Assembly: GCA_035292685.1 (NCBI GenBank)
Contig: DATDPP010000079.1
Span: forward strand, 102,300-166,299
Direction of reading: 5' to 3'
Length of the DNA stretch: 64,000 nt
Source of the DNA: Acidimicrobiia bacterium
GTDB lineage: Bacteria; Actinomycetota; Acidimicrobiia; Spongiisociales; ZC4RG35
A program made the position numbers and the translations under genes. Shown here piece after piece: positions 37,125-45,411 of this stretch (position 1 is the first letter of the stretch; every line of letters starts with the position of its first letter). Below the pieces are notes generated by a model. It had not been told where the DNA came from. It searched no databases and saw only the letters and a program-made list of their open reading frames with translations.

Positions 37125-37882
37125 CGGCGCACCACCCGGTTGCTCAAGATCCCGATGCCGTCGATCTCCACCTCCACGGTGTCTCCGCTTTCGATCTTCC
37201 CCACCCCGGCCGGTGTCCCGGTGAGGATCACGTCACCGGGGAGCAGGGTCATCACCGCGGTGATGAATTCAAAGAGCTCGGCCACCCCGAAGACCATGTC
37301 CGAGGTGAACCCGGCCTGGCGCACATCGCCGTTGACCCGACAGATGACGGCGAGACGCTCCAGCGGATCGAGCTCGGTCTCGATGGCCGGGCCCAGCGGG
37401 CAAAAGGTGTCGAACCCCTTTGCCCGGGTCCATTGCCCGTCACGGTTCTGAAGATCCCGAGCGGTCACGTCGTTTGCCGCCGTATACCCGAGGATGTACT
37501 GCGAGGCATCCTCGGCCCGAACGTTGTGGGCGACCCTGTGGATCACTGCGGCCAATTCGGCCTCGTGGTGTACCTCATTCGAGGTCGCAGGGAGCACCAC
37601 CGACGCGTCCGGCCCGACCACGGCAGTTGCGGGCTTCATGAAGATCAGCGGCTCCTCCGGCACCTCGCCACCCCTCTCCGAGGCGTGATCCACATAGTTG
37701 CGGCCCACACAGACCACCTTGGTTGGAATGACCGGAGCGAGAAGCTGAACTCGATCCCAAGGCACCACCGTCTCGGTCGGCTCCCACGCCACGAACGGCG
37801 TTCCCCGGTAGACCATCACCCCCTCGGAGTCGGCGACGCCGTAGGCAATGTCGTCACCGGCTTTGATCCGAACGATCTTCAT
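37121..37882 (-). CDS. fumarylacetoacetate hydrolase family protein
   Basis: VVCVGRNYVDHA...EPLIFMKP...HHEAELA FAH motifs. The stop overlaps the gltX start. Confidence 0.88.
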   Translation of the reverse strand: MKIVRIKAGDDIAYGVADSEGVMVYRGTPFVAWEPTETVVPWDRVQLLAPVIPTKVVCVGRNYVDHASERGGEVPEEPLIFMKPATAVVGPDASVVLPATSNEVHHEAELAAVIHRVAHNVRAEDASQYILGYTAANDVTARDLQNRDGQWTRAKGFDTFCPLGPAIETELDPLERLAVICRVNGDVRQAGFTSDMVFGVAELFEFITAVMTLLPGDVILTGTPAGVGKIESGDTVEVEIDGIGILSNRVVRR

Positions 37883-38059
37883 GAGGCGGCGGACGCTAGT
37901 GGTCTGTCGCTCAATTGATGCCGCGGTGTCGCCGAGCCACTCGGGGTCGCTGGCAAGGACGCAGGACGAAGGCGCACCTGTAGGTGCGTTGAGGACGAGG
38001 ACGCAGTCCAGCGGCGTCGAGGGCCGGCGAGACCGCGTAGCTATTTGGGCGACGGGCCG

Positions 38060-38587
38060 CTAGCCGAGGGAGCCCGACTCCCCCGGTGGTCGGTCTTTAT
38101 GGGTCAGGGCCCAGCGCACCTGCTCCGGCTTGTTGAGCATCAGGGTCCGGTCCACCTCGGAGACCGCGGTCTCACCGGGCCGGGTTTCGTGGGGCACCGC
38201 CGCCTTCCAGCGCTCCTTCTGGGCAACCAACTCCGGGGTGCCCTCGAATCCGTAGCCACACAGGACCAGGGCAACCTCCAGATCCTCCTTGATCGGGGCC
38301 CGGCCCAGGGCGGCGGCGCGCGCCGTCATCAGCCCTGCAAGCACGCCGCGAAGGTTGGGGTCGTCGTCGGGAAGGTCGGAAATCGACAGCAGGTGGAGTG
38401 CCCACCCCGCATCAGGGCCGGCGGTGCCAAAACGCCCGCCCCGGGGCACCTGTTCGGGCGAGGTGATCACCCCGGGTCTGGACGGTCCCCCAACCCGGGC
38501 GGGTGGTGTCTCGAGCACCTTTCTCGGTCTTTCGGCCTCGGTGATCTCTAGATTCGGCTGCTGACCCATCAGGTGAAGGTGAGCCAT
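38060..38587 (-). CDS. hypothetical protein
   Basis: 175-aa ORF co-directional with ilvE and overlapping its 3' end. I recognise no family. An alternative start lies at 38569. Confidence 0.5.
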   Translation of the reverse strand: MAHLHLMGQQPNLEITEAERPRKVLETPPARVGGPSRPGVITSPEQVPRGGRFGTAGPDAGWALHLLSISDLPDDDPNLRGVLAGLMTARAAALGRAPIKEDLEVALVLCGYGFEGTPELVAQKERWKAAVPHETRPGETAVSEVDRTLMLNKPEQVRWALTHKDRPPGESGSLG

Positions 38588-39483
38588 TCCCGGTAGTCCG
38601 AGAGCTTGCCGGCCACGGCGTCCGAGAACAGATCCTGGGCCTTTCGGGTCACCGGTCCCGGCCCACCGGTGCCCACCACACGCCTGTCGATCTCGCGCAC
38701 CGGGGTCACTTCGGCCGCAGTGCCGGTGAGGAAGATCTCATCGGCCGTGTAGAGACTCCCCCGGGCAAGGTCTAGCTCCCGGACTTCGACACCTTCGGCC
38801 CGGAGCAATCGGATGACAGAGTCCCTGGTGATTCCTTCGAGAATCCCCGACGAGGCCGGCGGTGTTGAGACGACGCCTCCGCTCACCATGAACAGGTTCA
38901 TGCCGCTGCCCTCGGAGAGCGATCCTGAGTCGTTGAGCATGATCGCCTCGTCGAAACCGGCGGAGACCGCCTCCTGCTTGGCCAGGACCGAGTTCAGATA
39001 CTGTCCGCTCCCTTTGGCCGACGGAATGAAACTGCTGTGCGAGATGCGACGCCAGCTGGACACCATGGTGGTGATGCCCTTCTGAACCCCATCCTCACCC
39101 ATGTAACTGCCGAGGTAGAAGGCCGCCATGTAAGTGAGGACCGGGCTCGACGCCGGGTCGATCCCAAATGCGCCAGCCCCGTAGAAAGAGAGCGGGCGGA
39201 TGTAAGCCGATTCGAGCCCGTTGACCCGGAGTAGCTCGAGACACGCCTCGTCCAGCTGATCCACCGTCCAGGGCATCGGGATCCCGTAGGCGCGAGCGGA
39301 GGCGTTGAGGCGGAGCATGTGCTCATGAAGCCGGAATACGGCCGTTCCCTCTGGGGTCTTGTAGGCGCGGATGCCCTCGAAGACACCCGTCCCGTATTGA
39401 AGTCCGTGAGCGAGGAAATGAACGGTGGCATCGTCCCAATCGACGAACTCGCCGTCCACCCATATCTTGGATGACGGTTCCAT
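38569..39483 (-). CDS. ilvE: branched-chain amino acid aminotransferase (fold type IV)
   Basis: IWVDGEFVDWDDATVHFLAHGLQYGTGVFEGIRAY... The ATG at 39483 was chosen inside the 494-aa ORF, whose N-terminal 190 aa are low-complexity. Confidence 0.9.
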   Translation of the reverse strand: MEPSSKIWVDGEFVDWDDATVHFLAHGLQYGTGVFEGIRAYKTPEGTAVFRLHEHMLRLNASARAYGIPMPWTVDQLDEACLELLRVNGLESAYIRPLSFYGAGAFGIDPASSPVLTYMAAFYLGSYMGEDGVQKGITTMVSSWRRISHSSFIPSAKGSGQYLNSVLAKQEAVSAGFDEAIMLNDSGSLSEGSGMNLFMVSGGVVSTPPASSGILEGITRDSVIRLLRAEGVEVRELDLARGSLYTADEIFLTGTAAEVTPVREIDRRVVGTGGPGPVTRKAQDLFSDAVAGKLSDYREWLTFT

Positions 39484-39543
39484 CGCCAAGAGGCTAACTG
39501 CTGGTTCGGGAAGTGAAATCGTCAGTGGGTTGAACCCCCCTTT

Positions 39544-39594
39544 CGTAATTGGGATGCACAGGTCCGCATATGACCCCTGAGGGTCCCAATTACG
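39544..39594. repeat. 51-bp palindromic element, copy 2 (core inverted relative to copy 1)
   Basis: CGTAATTGGGA-TGCACAGGTCCGCATATGACCCCTGAGGG-TCCCAATTACG. Its reverse complement matches copy 1 at 46 of 51 positions. It sits in the divergent ilvE/pgpA intergenic region. Confidence 0.7.
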
Positions 39595-39618
39595 GGTCTC
39601 GGATAGTCTCGGCCCCCA

Positions 39619-40074
39619 ATGCACCGATTGGTCGCTTCGTTCTTCGGCTCCGGACTGCTGTTGCGGCGGATCAGAGGATCGGACGCAGGCTCGGGGACGG
39701 TCGGAGCTCTCGTTGCCCTCCTCTTCTCGTTGTGGGCGGGCTCGAGTCTTGGATGGCAGGCTCAGCTGGTCGGGGTGGTGGTGCTCTCCGTGGCTGCTCT
39801 GTGGTCGACACGACCCCTGGTCGCCGAGGTGGGAGATGCCGGCTGGATCGTGATCGATGAGGCCGCCGGCACCTTCGTCGCCACGATCGGCCTGCTCGGT
39901 TGGCCGGCGGTCGTCGCATTCGGCGTGTTTCGAATCGCCGACATCACCAAGAGCAGACTCACCGGAGTCGTCCAGGCGGAGTCGCTCCCTGAACCTTTCG
40001 GCATCGTCGCCGACGATCTGGTGGCCGGTCTCTACGGTTTGGCCGCGGGTCAACTGGTCAGGATCTTTCTCTAG
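39619..40074 (+). CDS. pgpA: phosphatidylglycerophosphatase A
   Basis: FFGSGLL...GSGTVGALVA...IDEAAG...FRIADITK pattern; 151-aa membrane protein. Confidence 0.8.
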   Translation: MHRLVASFFGSGLLLRRIRGSDAGSGTVGALVALLFSLWAGSSLGWQAQLVGVVVLSVAALWSTRPLVAEVGDAGWIVIDEAAGTFVATIGLLGWPAVVAFGVFRIADITKSRLTGVVQAESLPEPFGIVADDLVAGLYGLAAGQLVRIFL

Positions 40075-40134
40075 GGACCTACTCCCCTTCGGACCGGACC
40101 GGTTGATCGCCTATGTTGTGGGTTGGAGGTAATC

Positions 40135-40575
40135 ATGGAATGGCAGCCCAAGGCGATCGTGGTCGGAGTCGACGGCTCCGAGACCAGCCAAACCGCAGCT
40201 GAGCACGCGGTCGTCATCGCCCGTCAATGGAAGGCAAAGCTCTTCCTGGTGACAGTGGTCAGGACCCCTGAGGGCTGGTGGGGAGTCGGTGGAGCCCCTC
40301 CCTCTCCCGAGGCGCTGTCGGCCGCCATGGCGGAAGGCCAGTCGGAGGTTCTCAACGAGTTGGAAGAGAAGCTCGACCTGGACGGGATCGACTACGAGAT
40401 GGTCGAAGAACTCGGCGAGCCCTCATCGAGATTGCTGGCCGTGACGGAAAGCAAGGGAGCCGACCTGATCGTGATCGGGAGACGGGGCGCCGGCCTCGCC
40501 GAAAGGATGATGTTGGGATCGGTGGCCGACAAACTCTGTCACCAATCTTCGGTCCCGGTGCTCGTCGTTCCCTGA
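40135..40575 (+). CDS. universal stress protein (UspA family)
   Basis: ATG 40135 follows GGAGG. IVVGVDGSETS...DLIVIGRRGAGLAERMMLGSVADKLCHQSSVPVLVV. Confidence 0.88.
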   Translation: MEWQPKAIVVGVDGSETSQTAAEHAVVIARQWKAKLFLVTVVRTPEGWWGVGGAPPSPEALSAAMAEGQSEVLNELEEKLDLDGIDYEMVEELGEPSSRLLAVTESKGADLIVIGRRGAGLAERMMLGSVADKLCHQSSVPVLVVP

Positions 40576-40607
40576 AAGCTCTGGCACGGGCACGACTGAC
40601 AATCTGA

Positions 40608-41219
40608 TTGCTTCCTACGCTCGTTCGCGTGCCAATAGTTGCCGTTCTCCCGGTCAAACCCTTTCAGTTGGGGAAAGAGCGGCTCGCCGAGTCACTGACC
40701 ACCGATGCCAGAGTGGTCCTGGCTCAGGCCTTTGCCGAGCGCACAGCCGACACCTCCGCGGAGGCAGGCATGATTCCGCTGATCGTTGCCGGAGACCCGG
40801 CGGTTGCCGAGTGGGCGCTGATCCGGGGAATCCCAACTGTCGAAGATCCCGGGAGTGACCTCAGCGCCGCTGCCGCCGCCGGTGTGGAATGGGCCCGCGC
40901 TGCCGATTGCGACTGGTTAGTGCTCCATTGCGATCTGCCCTTGCTCCAGGTCGTCGAGTTAACCGAGTTGGCGAGTGCCATCGTTGAATCAGGGGCGGTG
41001 ATCGCACCCTCGGCAGACGGTGGCACCTCGGCGCTTGGGGCCGCAGAGCCGGTCGAATTCGCTTACGGTCTCGGGAGCTTTCACCGCCACCTCGCCCGGC
41101 TCCCGGGCGCCGCCGTGGTGACCCGGACCGGTCTGCTTCACGATGTGGACTCCCCGGCCGACCTCATTTCGGCCCGTCGCCACCCCCGCGGGCACTGGCT
41201 GGAGAGTGTCGTCGGATGA
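40608..41219 (+). CDS. cofC: CofC/FbiD-like guanylyltransferase (F420 biosynthesis; 2-phospho-L-lactate or PEP guanylyltransferase)
   Basis: AVLPVKPFQLGKERL, LVLHCDLPLL, APSADGGTSAL, YGLGSFHRH, DVDSPADL follow the CofC pattern. Start TTG 40608 or GTG 40629. Confidence 0.7.
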   Translation: MLPTLVRVPIVAVLPVKPFQLGKERLAESLTTDARVVLAQAFAERTADTSAEAGMIPLIVAGDPAVAEWALIRGIPTVEDPGSDLSAAAAAGVEWARAADCDWLVLHCDLPLLQVVELTELASAIVESGAVIAPSADGGTSALGAAEPVEFAYGLGSFHRHLARLPGAAVVTRTGLLHDVDSPADLISARRHPRGHWLESVVG

Positions 41220-42421
41220 GTCGTTTCGATCAGCGAGTTCTGGCCGTGGACCCGCTCCGGCGGGCCGAGGTGCTCACCTGGTTGGAGGCAGGGTTGGAGG
41301 CGGCGGACCCGGAGCGTTTGACCCGCGAGGCCCTCAAGGCTTCCGAGCGCGACGGCCCGGCGGTGGTGATCGCTCTCGGTAAGGCGGCTCCGGCGATGGC
41401 GCGTGGCGCGGCAGCCTCGATCGAGGTGATCGGAGGGATCTGTGTCTCCGACCATGCCGAGCCGGTCCCCCCGATGTTGCTCGCCATGACCGGCGACCAC
41501 CCCGTTCCCGCAAGGAGGTCCTTCGAAGCGGGGGCCGCCGCCCTCGAATCGGTGACGCATGCCCCGCCAGGCGCCCGGCTCCTGGCGCTGATATCGGGAG
41601 GCGGCTCGGCGGTCTGCGAGTCGCCGCGACCCGGCGTCAGCCCCGAGTACCTGAACACGGTGACCAGGGCATTGTTGAAGGAGGCTGCCAGCATCGAGGA
41701 GTTGAACCTGGTGAGGGGTCATCTCTCCTCCATCAAATGTGGCGGCCTGGCCCGAGCCGCAGGCAGGGTTATCGACACCCTGGTCATCTCCGATGTGGCC
41801 GGGGCCGACCCCGCGATCGTGGCTTCGGGGCCGACGATCCCCGTTCCCGCCGATCCCAGGGGGGCGCGCGAGGTCATGGCCCGCCATCACATCGAGATCC
41901 CGGCATCGGTCTGGGACGCCATGACCATGGATGTCGGGCCGCTCGAACGACCGGGAGTGACCCTGTTGGCCGATGGGTTGGATGCTGCCAAAGCGGTGGC
42001 CACCGCCCAGACCGGCCCGCATCGGGTGTCGTCGGAATGGCTCGAGGGGGAGGTCGAGCCCTGTCTCCACCGCTTTCTCGCCGCGGCCGGCACCGGAGTC
42101 ACGATCGGGGTCGGCGAGACAGTCGTCGAGGTCACCGGCTCCGGACGCGGAGGGCGCAACACCCACGCCGCGCTGATGGCGGCAGAGCGCCTCACCGGGA
42201 CCGACGATCTCTTCGTCTCCTTCGCCACCGACGGGCTCGACGGTGAGTCCGGCAGCGCGGGTGCCATTGTCGACGGGACCACGATCGAGCGCGGGGGGAA
42301 CCCCCGTCAGGCGCTGGCCGCTTTTGACTCCGGGGGTTATCTCGCCCGAACCGGCGACCTGCTGCTCTGCCCAGCAACCGGGACCAATGTCGCCGATCTC
42401 TGGATTCTCTGGCGACAATGA
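41216..42421 (+). CDS. MOFRL-family glycerate 2-kinase / hydroxypyruvate reductase-like protein
   Basis: ALGKAAPAMARGA (DUF4147 part) and GVGETVVEVTGSGRGGRNTHAAL (MOFRL part). The ATG overlaps the cofC-like stop (ATGA). Confidence 0.8.
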   Translation: MSRFDQRVLAVDPLRRAEVLTWLEAGLEAADPERLTREALKASERDGPAVVIALGKAAPAMARGAAASIEVIGGICVSDHAEPVPPMLLAMTGDHPVPARRSFEAGAAALESVTHAPPGARLLALISGGGSAVCESPRPGVSPEYLNTVTRALLKEAASIEELNLVRGHLSSIKCGGLARAAGRVIDTLVISDVAGADPAIVASGPTIPVPADPRGAREVMARHHIEIPASVWDAMTMDVGPLERPGVTLLADGLDAAKAVATAQTGPHRVSSEWLEGEVEPCLHRFLAAAGTGVTIGVGETVVEVTGSGRGGRNTHAALMAAERLTGTDDLFVSFATDGLDGESGSAGAIVDGTTIERGGNPRQALAAFDSGGYLARTGDLLLCPATGTNVADLWILWRQ

Positions 42422-42475
42422 CCGGCCGGAACGTAGAGTTAGCGGACCGACAGCGAGCAGGAAGCACCAGGAAGC

Positions 42476-43180
42476 GTGGAGAAGACAGTCGTAATCACGG
42501 GCGGCACCGGAGGTCTGGGGACAGCACTCATTCGCCGGCTCATTTTCGAGGACTACCGACTGGTCGTCACCTATCTCCTCCCTGACGAGGCAACCCGTTT
42601 CGAGGAGGAATTCGACATCGACGAGGACCGCCTCCTCCTGCTCCGTGTCGACGCCACCAACGCCGAAGCCGTCAACAGCCTGTTCAAGAGCGTCTCCGAG
42701 CAATGGGGGGCGATCCACGGTCTCTGCGCCCTGGTCGGCGGCTGGGCGGGAGGCCGCGATGTCGAAGAGACCGACGATGTGAGATTCGAGCGGATGCTGG
42801 ACCTCAATCTCCGATCTGCGTTCTACGCAGTGCGTGCAGCCGTCCCCTACCTTAAAGAGGCGGGATGGGGCCGAATCATCCTGATCGGCAGCAAGAGTGC
42901 GGTCGACTATCCGACCGGTCAGGCCGCCTTCAACATCTCCAAGGCGGGTGTGGTCGCGTTGGCCAAGTCGGTGGCACAAGAACTCGACGGCACCGGCGTC
43001 ACGGCCAACGTGCTGATGCCCTCGGTGATCGACACACCCGCCACCCGCCAGTCACTCCCGTATGCCGACTACGTGAACTGGCCGACGCCCGACGAGATCG
43101 CAGCGGTCGCCCACTTCCTGTTGAGCGACGACTCCGGGGTGATGAACGGGGCCTCGATCCCGGTCTACGGTCGGGCCTGA
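42476..43180 (+). CDS. SDR-family oxidoreductase
   Basis: VVITGGTGGLGTAL, YNISKAGV-like FNISKAGV motif. Confidence 0.85.
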   Translation: MEKTVVITGGTGGLGTALIRRLIFEDYRLVVTYLLPDEATRFEEEFDIDEDRLLLLRVDATNAEAVNSLFKSVSEQWGAIHGLCALVGGWAGGRDVEETDDVRFERMLDLNLRSAFYAVRAAVPYLKEAGWGRIILIGSKSAVDYPTGQAAFNISKAGVVALAKSVAQELDGTGVTANVLMPSVIDTPATRQSLPYADYVNWPTPDEIAAVAHFLLSDDSGVMNGASIPVYGRA

Positions 43181-44162
43181 TCCCAAACTCGACCCATTCG
43201 CCGTGGGGATGCGCCTGTCCGATCGGGACCGGGACGCCTGCCCCGGCGACTAAGACCTTGGCCCATTCGTCGGCCCGGTCGAGGATCTCCATCGACACCC
43301 GGTACACCGGCCGCTCGGCCCGGGCCATGTCGCATATCTCCTCGACGCCGTCCCGAGCCTCGAGGGTGAGCTGTCCCAACGTGAAGGCGTTCATCACTAT
43401 TGCCGGCTCCCCCGATGGCAACTGCCCCAGCACCCCGGGCAAGATGTCGAGGGCGTCACCGGCGACCATCTCCAGCCCGAGGCTCGAAACCAGTTCCAGG
43501 GCTTGGAGGAGCCGGGCCCTTCGTTCGTCTTGCTCGGGCCAGATCAAGGCGTCGAGCCACTGTTGGGAGTCGGTGTCGCCGGAGAGGATCGGGTTGAGGT
43601 CGAGGCCGGTTCGACTCAGAACATCAACATCATGCAAAGGGACTTCCGAGCCACGGGTCTCGCCTTCGAGGAGGACGGGCGACTCGGGCCCCCATTCCTG
43701 GTCCCCGAACCGGTAGTGATAGCGATCCAGGCCCAGGTTGAGGCCGGCGCTGGCTCCGATCTCGATCAGATGGAACCGCTCGAACGGAGCTGTCATCACC
43801 GCCGGCAGCAGGGCGATGCATCGCCGGCATTCGTTGGTCTGGGTGTAGCGGGTGTTGCCGAGCCCGACGATCTGCTCCTCGTGCTCGAGCACGAACCGGC
43901 GGAAGATGGGATCGATCTCCGCGGCCGGCAAGGGGTTGTCGACCAGCGATCCATACCAGCCGGCCAATTCCGAATCGGCCCCGCCCATCAGCAGATAGTG
44001 GACACCTCCCAAGAGGAGATTGACATGAGGGAGGTGCTCGATCCGGTTGAGGACTCGCATCAATTCGGAATCGGCGGCGATGACCTCCACGAGATGGGCG
44101 TAAAGCGGGGAGCCATGCGCATGTTTGCCCCAGTCACGAACCCCCTCGGGGGTCACCCACAT
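42999..44162 (-). CDS. DUF2332 family protein
   Basis: SPLYAHLVEVIAADSELMRVL...LLLGGVHYL...IEIGASAGLNL pattern. The last ~60 aa are Arg/Ser/Pro-rich and overlap the convergent SDR gene by 182 nt, so the true C-terminus may be earlier. Confidence 0.65.
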   Translation of the reverse strand: MWVTPEGVRDWGKHAHGSPLYAHLVEVIAADSELMRVLNRIEHLPHVNLLLGGVHYLLMGGADSELAGWYGSLVDNPLPAAEIDPIFRRFVLEHEEQIVGLGNTRYTQTNECRRCIALLPAVMTAPFERFHLIEIGASAGLNLGLDRYHYRFGDQEWGPESPVLLEGETRGSEVPLHDVDVLSRTGLDLNPILSGDTDSQQWLDALIWPEQDERRARLLQALELVSSLGLEMVAGDALDILPGVLGQLPSGEPAIVMNAFTLGQLTLEARDGVEEICDMARAERPVYRVSMEILDRADEWAKVLVAGAGVPVPIGQAHPHGEWVEFGIRPDRRPGSRPRSSPRSRRSTGSGRPLRSRRASASSRSRHTGVTGGWRVCRSPRASARWP

Positions 44163-44818
44163 CAGAACACCCGACGCCGGTAGGCGGTGGCCAGGGCGTC
44201 GGCGTACTCGTTCCATCGATATCCGTTGTGGGCCTTGATCCACTCCAGCCGGACCCCCGGTCTCTGCTCGTAGAGGGCGTGTGCCTCCTTCACCAGCTCC
44301 AGGTTGGCGATCGGCCCCGACGACTTCTTGGTCCATCCCCTGGCCTTCCAACCGTCGGCCCATTTGGTCACGATGTTGACGATGAGCTGGGAGTCGGTGT
44401 ACACCCGGGCTTGGGTGTCGGTGGGAAGCATCCCAAGGCCATGGATGAGGGCGACGAGCTCCATCCGGTTGTTGGTGGTGTGAGGCTCGGATCCGTGAGC
44501 CTGGTCGATGATCTCGTCGTCGACCACATGGACCACTCCCCAACCGCCAGGGCCCGGATTGCCCTCGGAGGCCCCGTCGGTGAAGACCCCGGACAGGGGG
44601 CCGTCGGTATATGAGGCCAGCACCTCGGATGTGGTGAGATCGCTCCCCTTGGTCCGGCTCACCGAGCCCTGCCCGTCATTGGGATTCGAAGGGGTCGAGC
44701 CATCACCACCGGCGTCGTTCTTGCAGTCGAGACATTGGCGTGGCACCCATCCGGGGTATCGGGCAAGGATCTCGGGGCGGACATCGAATTGGCGGCCACA
44801 GGTGTCACAGGTGAACAC
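44162..44818 (-). CDS. rnhA: ribonuclease HI with an N-terminal zinc ribbon
   Basis: FTDGASEGNPGPGGWG, NNRMELVALI, VYTDSQ, NEYADALA catalytic pattern. N-terminal CDTCG...CLDCK. GTG 44818 starts 2 nt after the upstream methyltransferase stop. Confidence 0.85.
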   Translation of the reverse strand: MFTCDTCGRQFDVRPEILARYPGWVPRQCLDCKNDAGGDGSTPSNPNDGQGSVSRTKGSDLTTSEVLASYTDGPLSGVFTDGASEGNPGPGGWGVVHVVDDEIIDQAHGSEPHTTNNRMELVALIHGLGMLPTDTQARVYTDSQLIVNIVTKWADGWKARGWTKKSSGPIANLELVKEAHALYEQRPGVRLEWIKAHNGYRWNEYADALATAYRRRVF

Positions 44819-44820
44819 AC

Positions 44821-45402
44821 CTAATTCCGTGTGAACACCGACACGAACTGCGGCGACTTCCACAGGTTGAACTCGTGGTGAGTCTCGGTGAGCCCGAAGG
44901 GCTCGACGATGCGACGCAGCTTGGCGGGCCACAGTTTGTGACAGTGGACCTGACGGGCCTTGAACGGGGTGCGATAGAGGATGACGGAGGTCGGTATCGC
45001 ATACAGACCCTGAACCGGCTCGGCGGGGTAGATGAAGAGAGCACGTCCTTGCGGTTGGAGGACCCTGGCGATCTCGGCGATCGCCGCGTCGAGTGGGGGA
45101 ATGTGCTCGATGGCGTGCACCGAGATGACGGCCTTGAACTCCTGGTCGTCGAACTCCAGACGCTCGGCCTGCATGCAGAGAACACGTTGGGTGCCTGCAA
45201 CCTCCCGGGCGTTGGGATTGGCGTCGATCCCGACGATGTCCACCCCCTTCCCTGCGAGTCGCTTGGTGAGATGACCGCTGCCGCAGCCCACCTCGAGGAC
45301 CCGCTGCCCCGCGGCCAGCGGGAGTAGGCGGTCGATCGTCTTCAGGTGCTGCGGGTCCCATCGGTTGACCAGGGCGTAGCGGCGGGAGTCGTAGACGGAC
45401 AT
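44821..45402 (-). CDS. class I SAM-dependent methyltransferase
   Basis: VLEVGCGSGHLT motif I and FKAVISVHAIEHI. Confidence 0.85.
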   Translation of the reverse strand: MSVYDSRRYALVNRWDPQHLKTIDRLLPLAAGQRVLEVGCGSGHLTKRLAGKGVDIVGIDANPNAREVAGTQRVLCMQAERLEFDDQEFKAVISVHAIEHIPPLDAAIAEIARVLQPQGRALFIYPAEPVQGLYAIPTSVILYRTPFKARQVHCHKLWPAKLRRIVEPFGLTETHHEFNLWKSPQFVSVFTRN

Positions 45403-45411
45403 GGTGCGAGG

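Noticed and set aside
35499-37451. 650-aa plus-strand ORF
   Set aside because: It is antisense to gltX and the FAH gene. Its composition is Arg/Pro/Gly-rich with no motifs, whereas the minus strand encodes a textbook GltX. It is a shadow ORF typical of high-GC DNA.
40075-40134. GGGAC-CTAC-TCCCC upstream of the second usp gene as a second DosR-like box
   Set aside because: The right half-site is poorly matched and the spacing is ambiguous. It is not counted as support.
41138-42979. 613-aa minus-strand ORF
   Set aside because: It is antisense to the cofC-like, glycerate kinase and SDR genes, all of which have clear family motifs. Its sequence is low-complexity.
44819-45361. Upstream 180 aa of ORF 44162..45361 (extension of the RNase H gene)
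   Set aside because: It overlaps the well-supported methyltransferase gene in another frame and is Arg/Gly-rich. RNase H is better started at GTG 44818.
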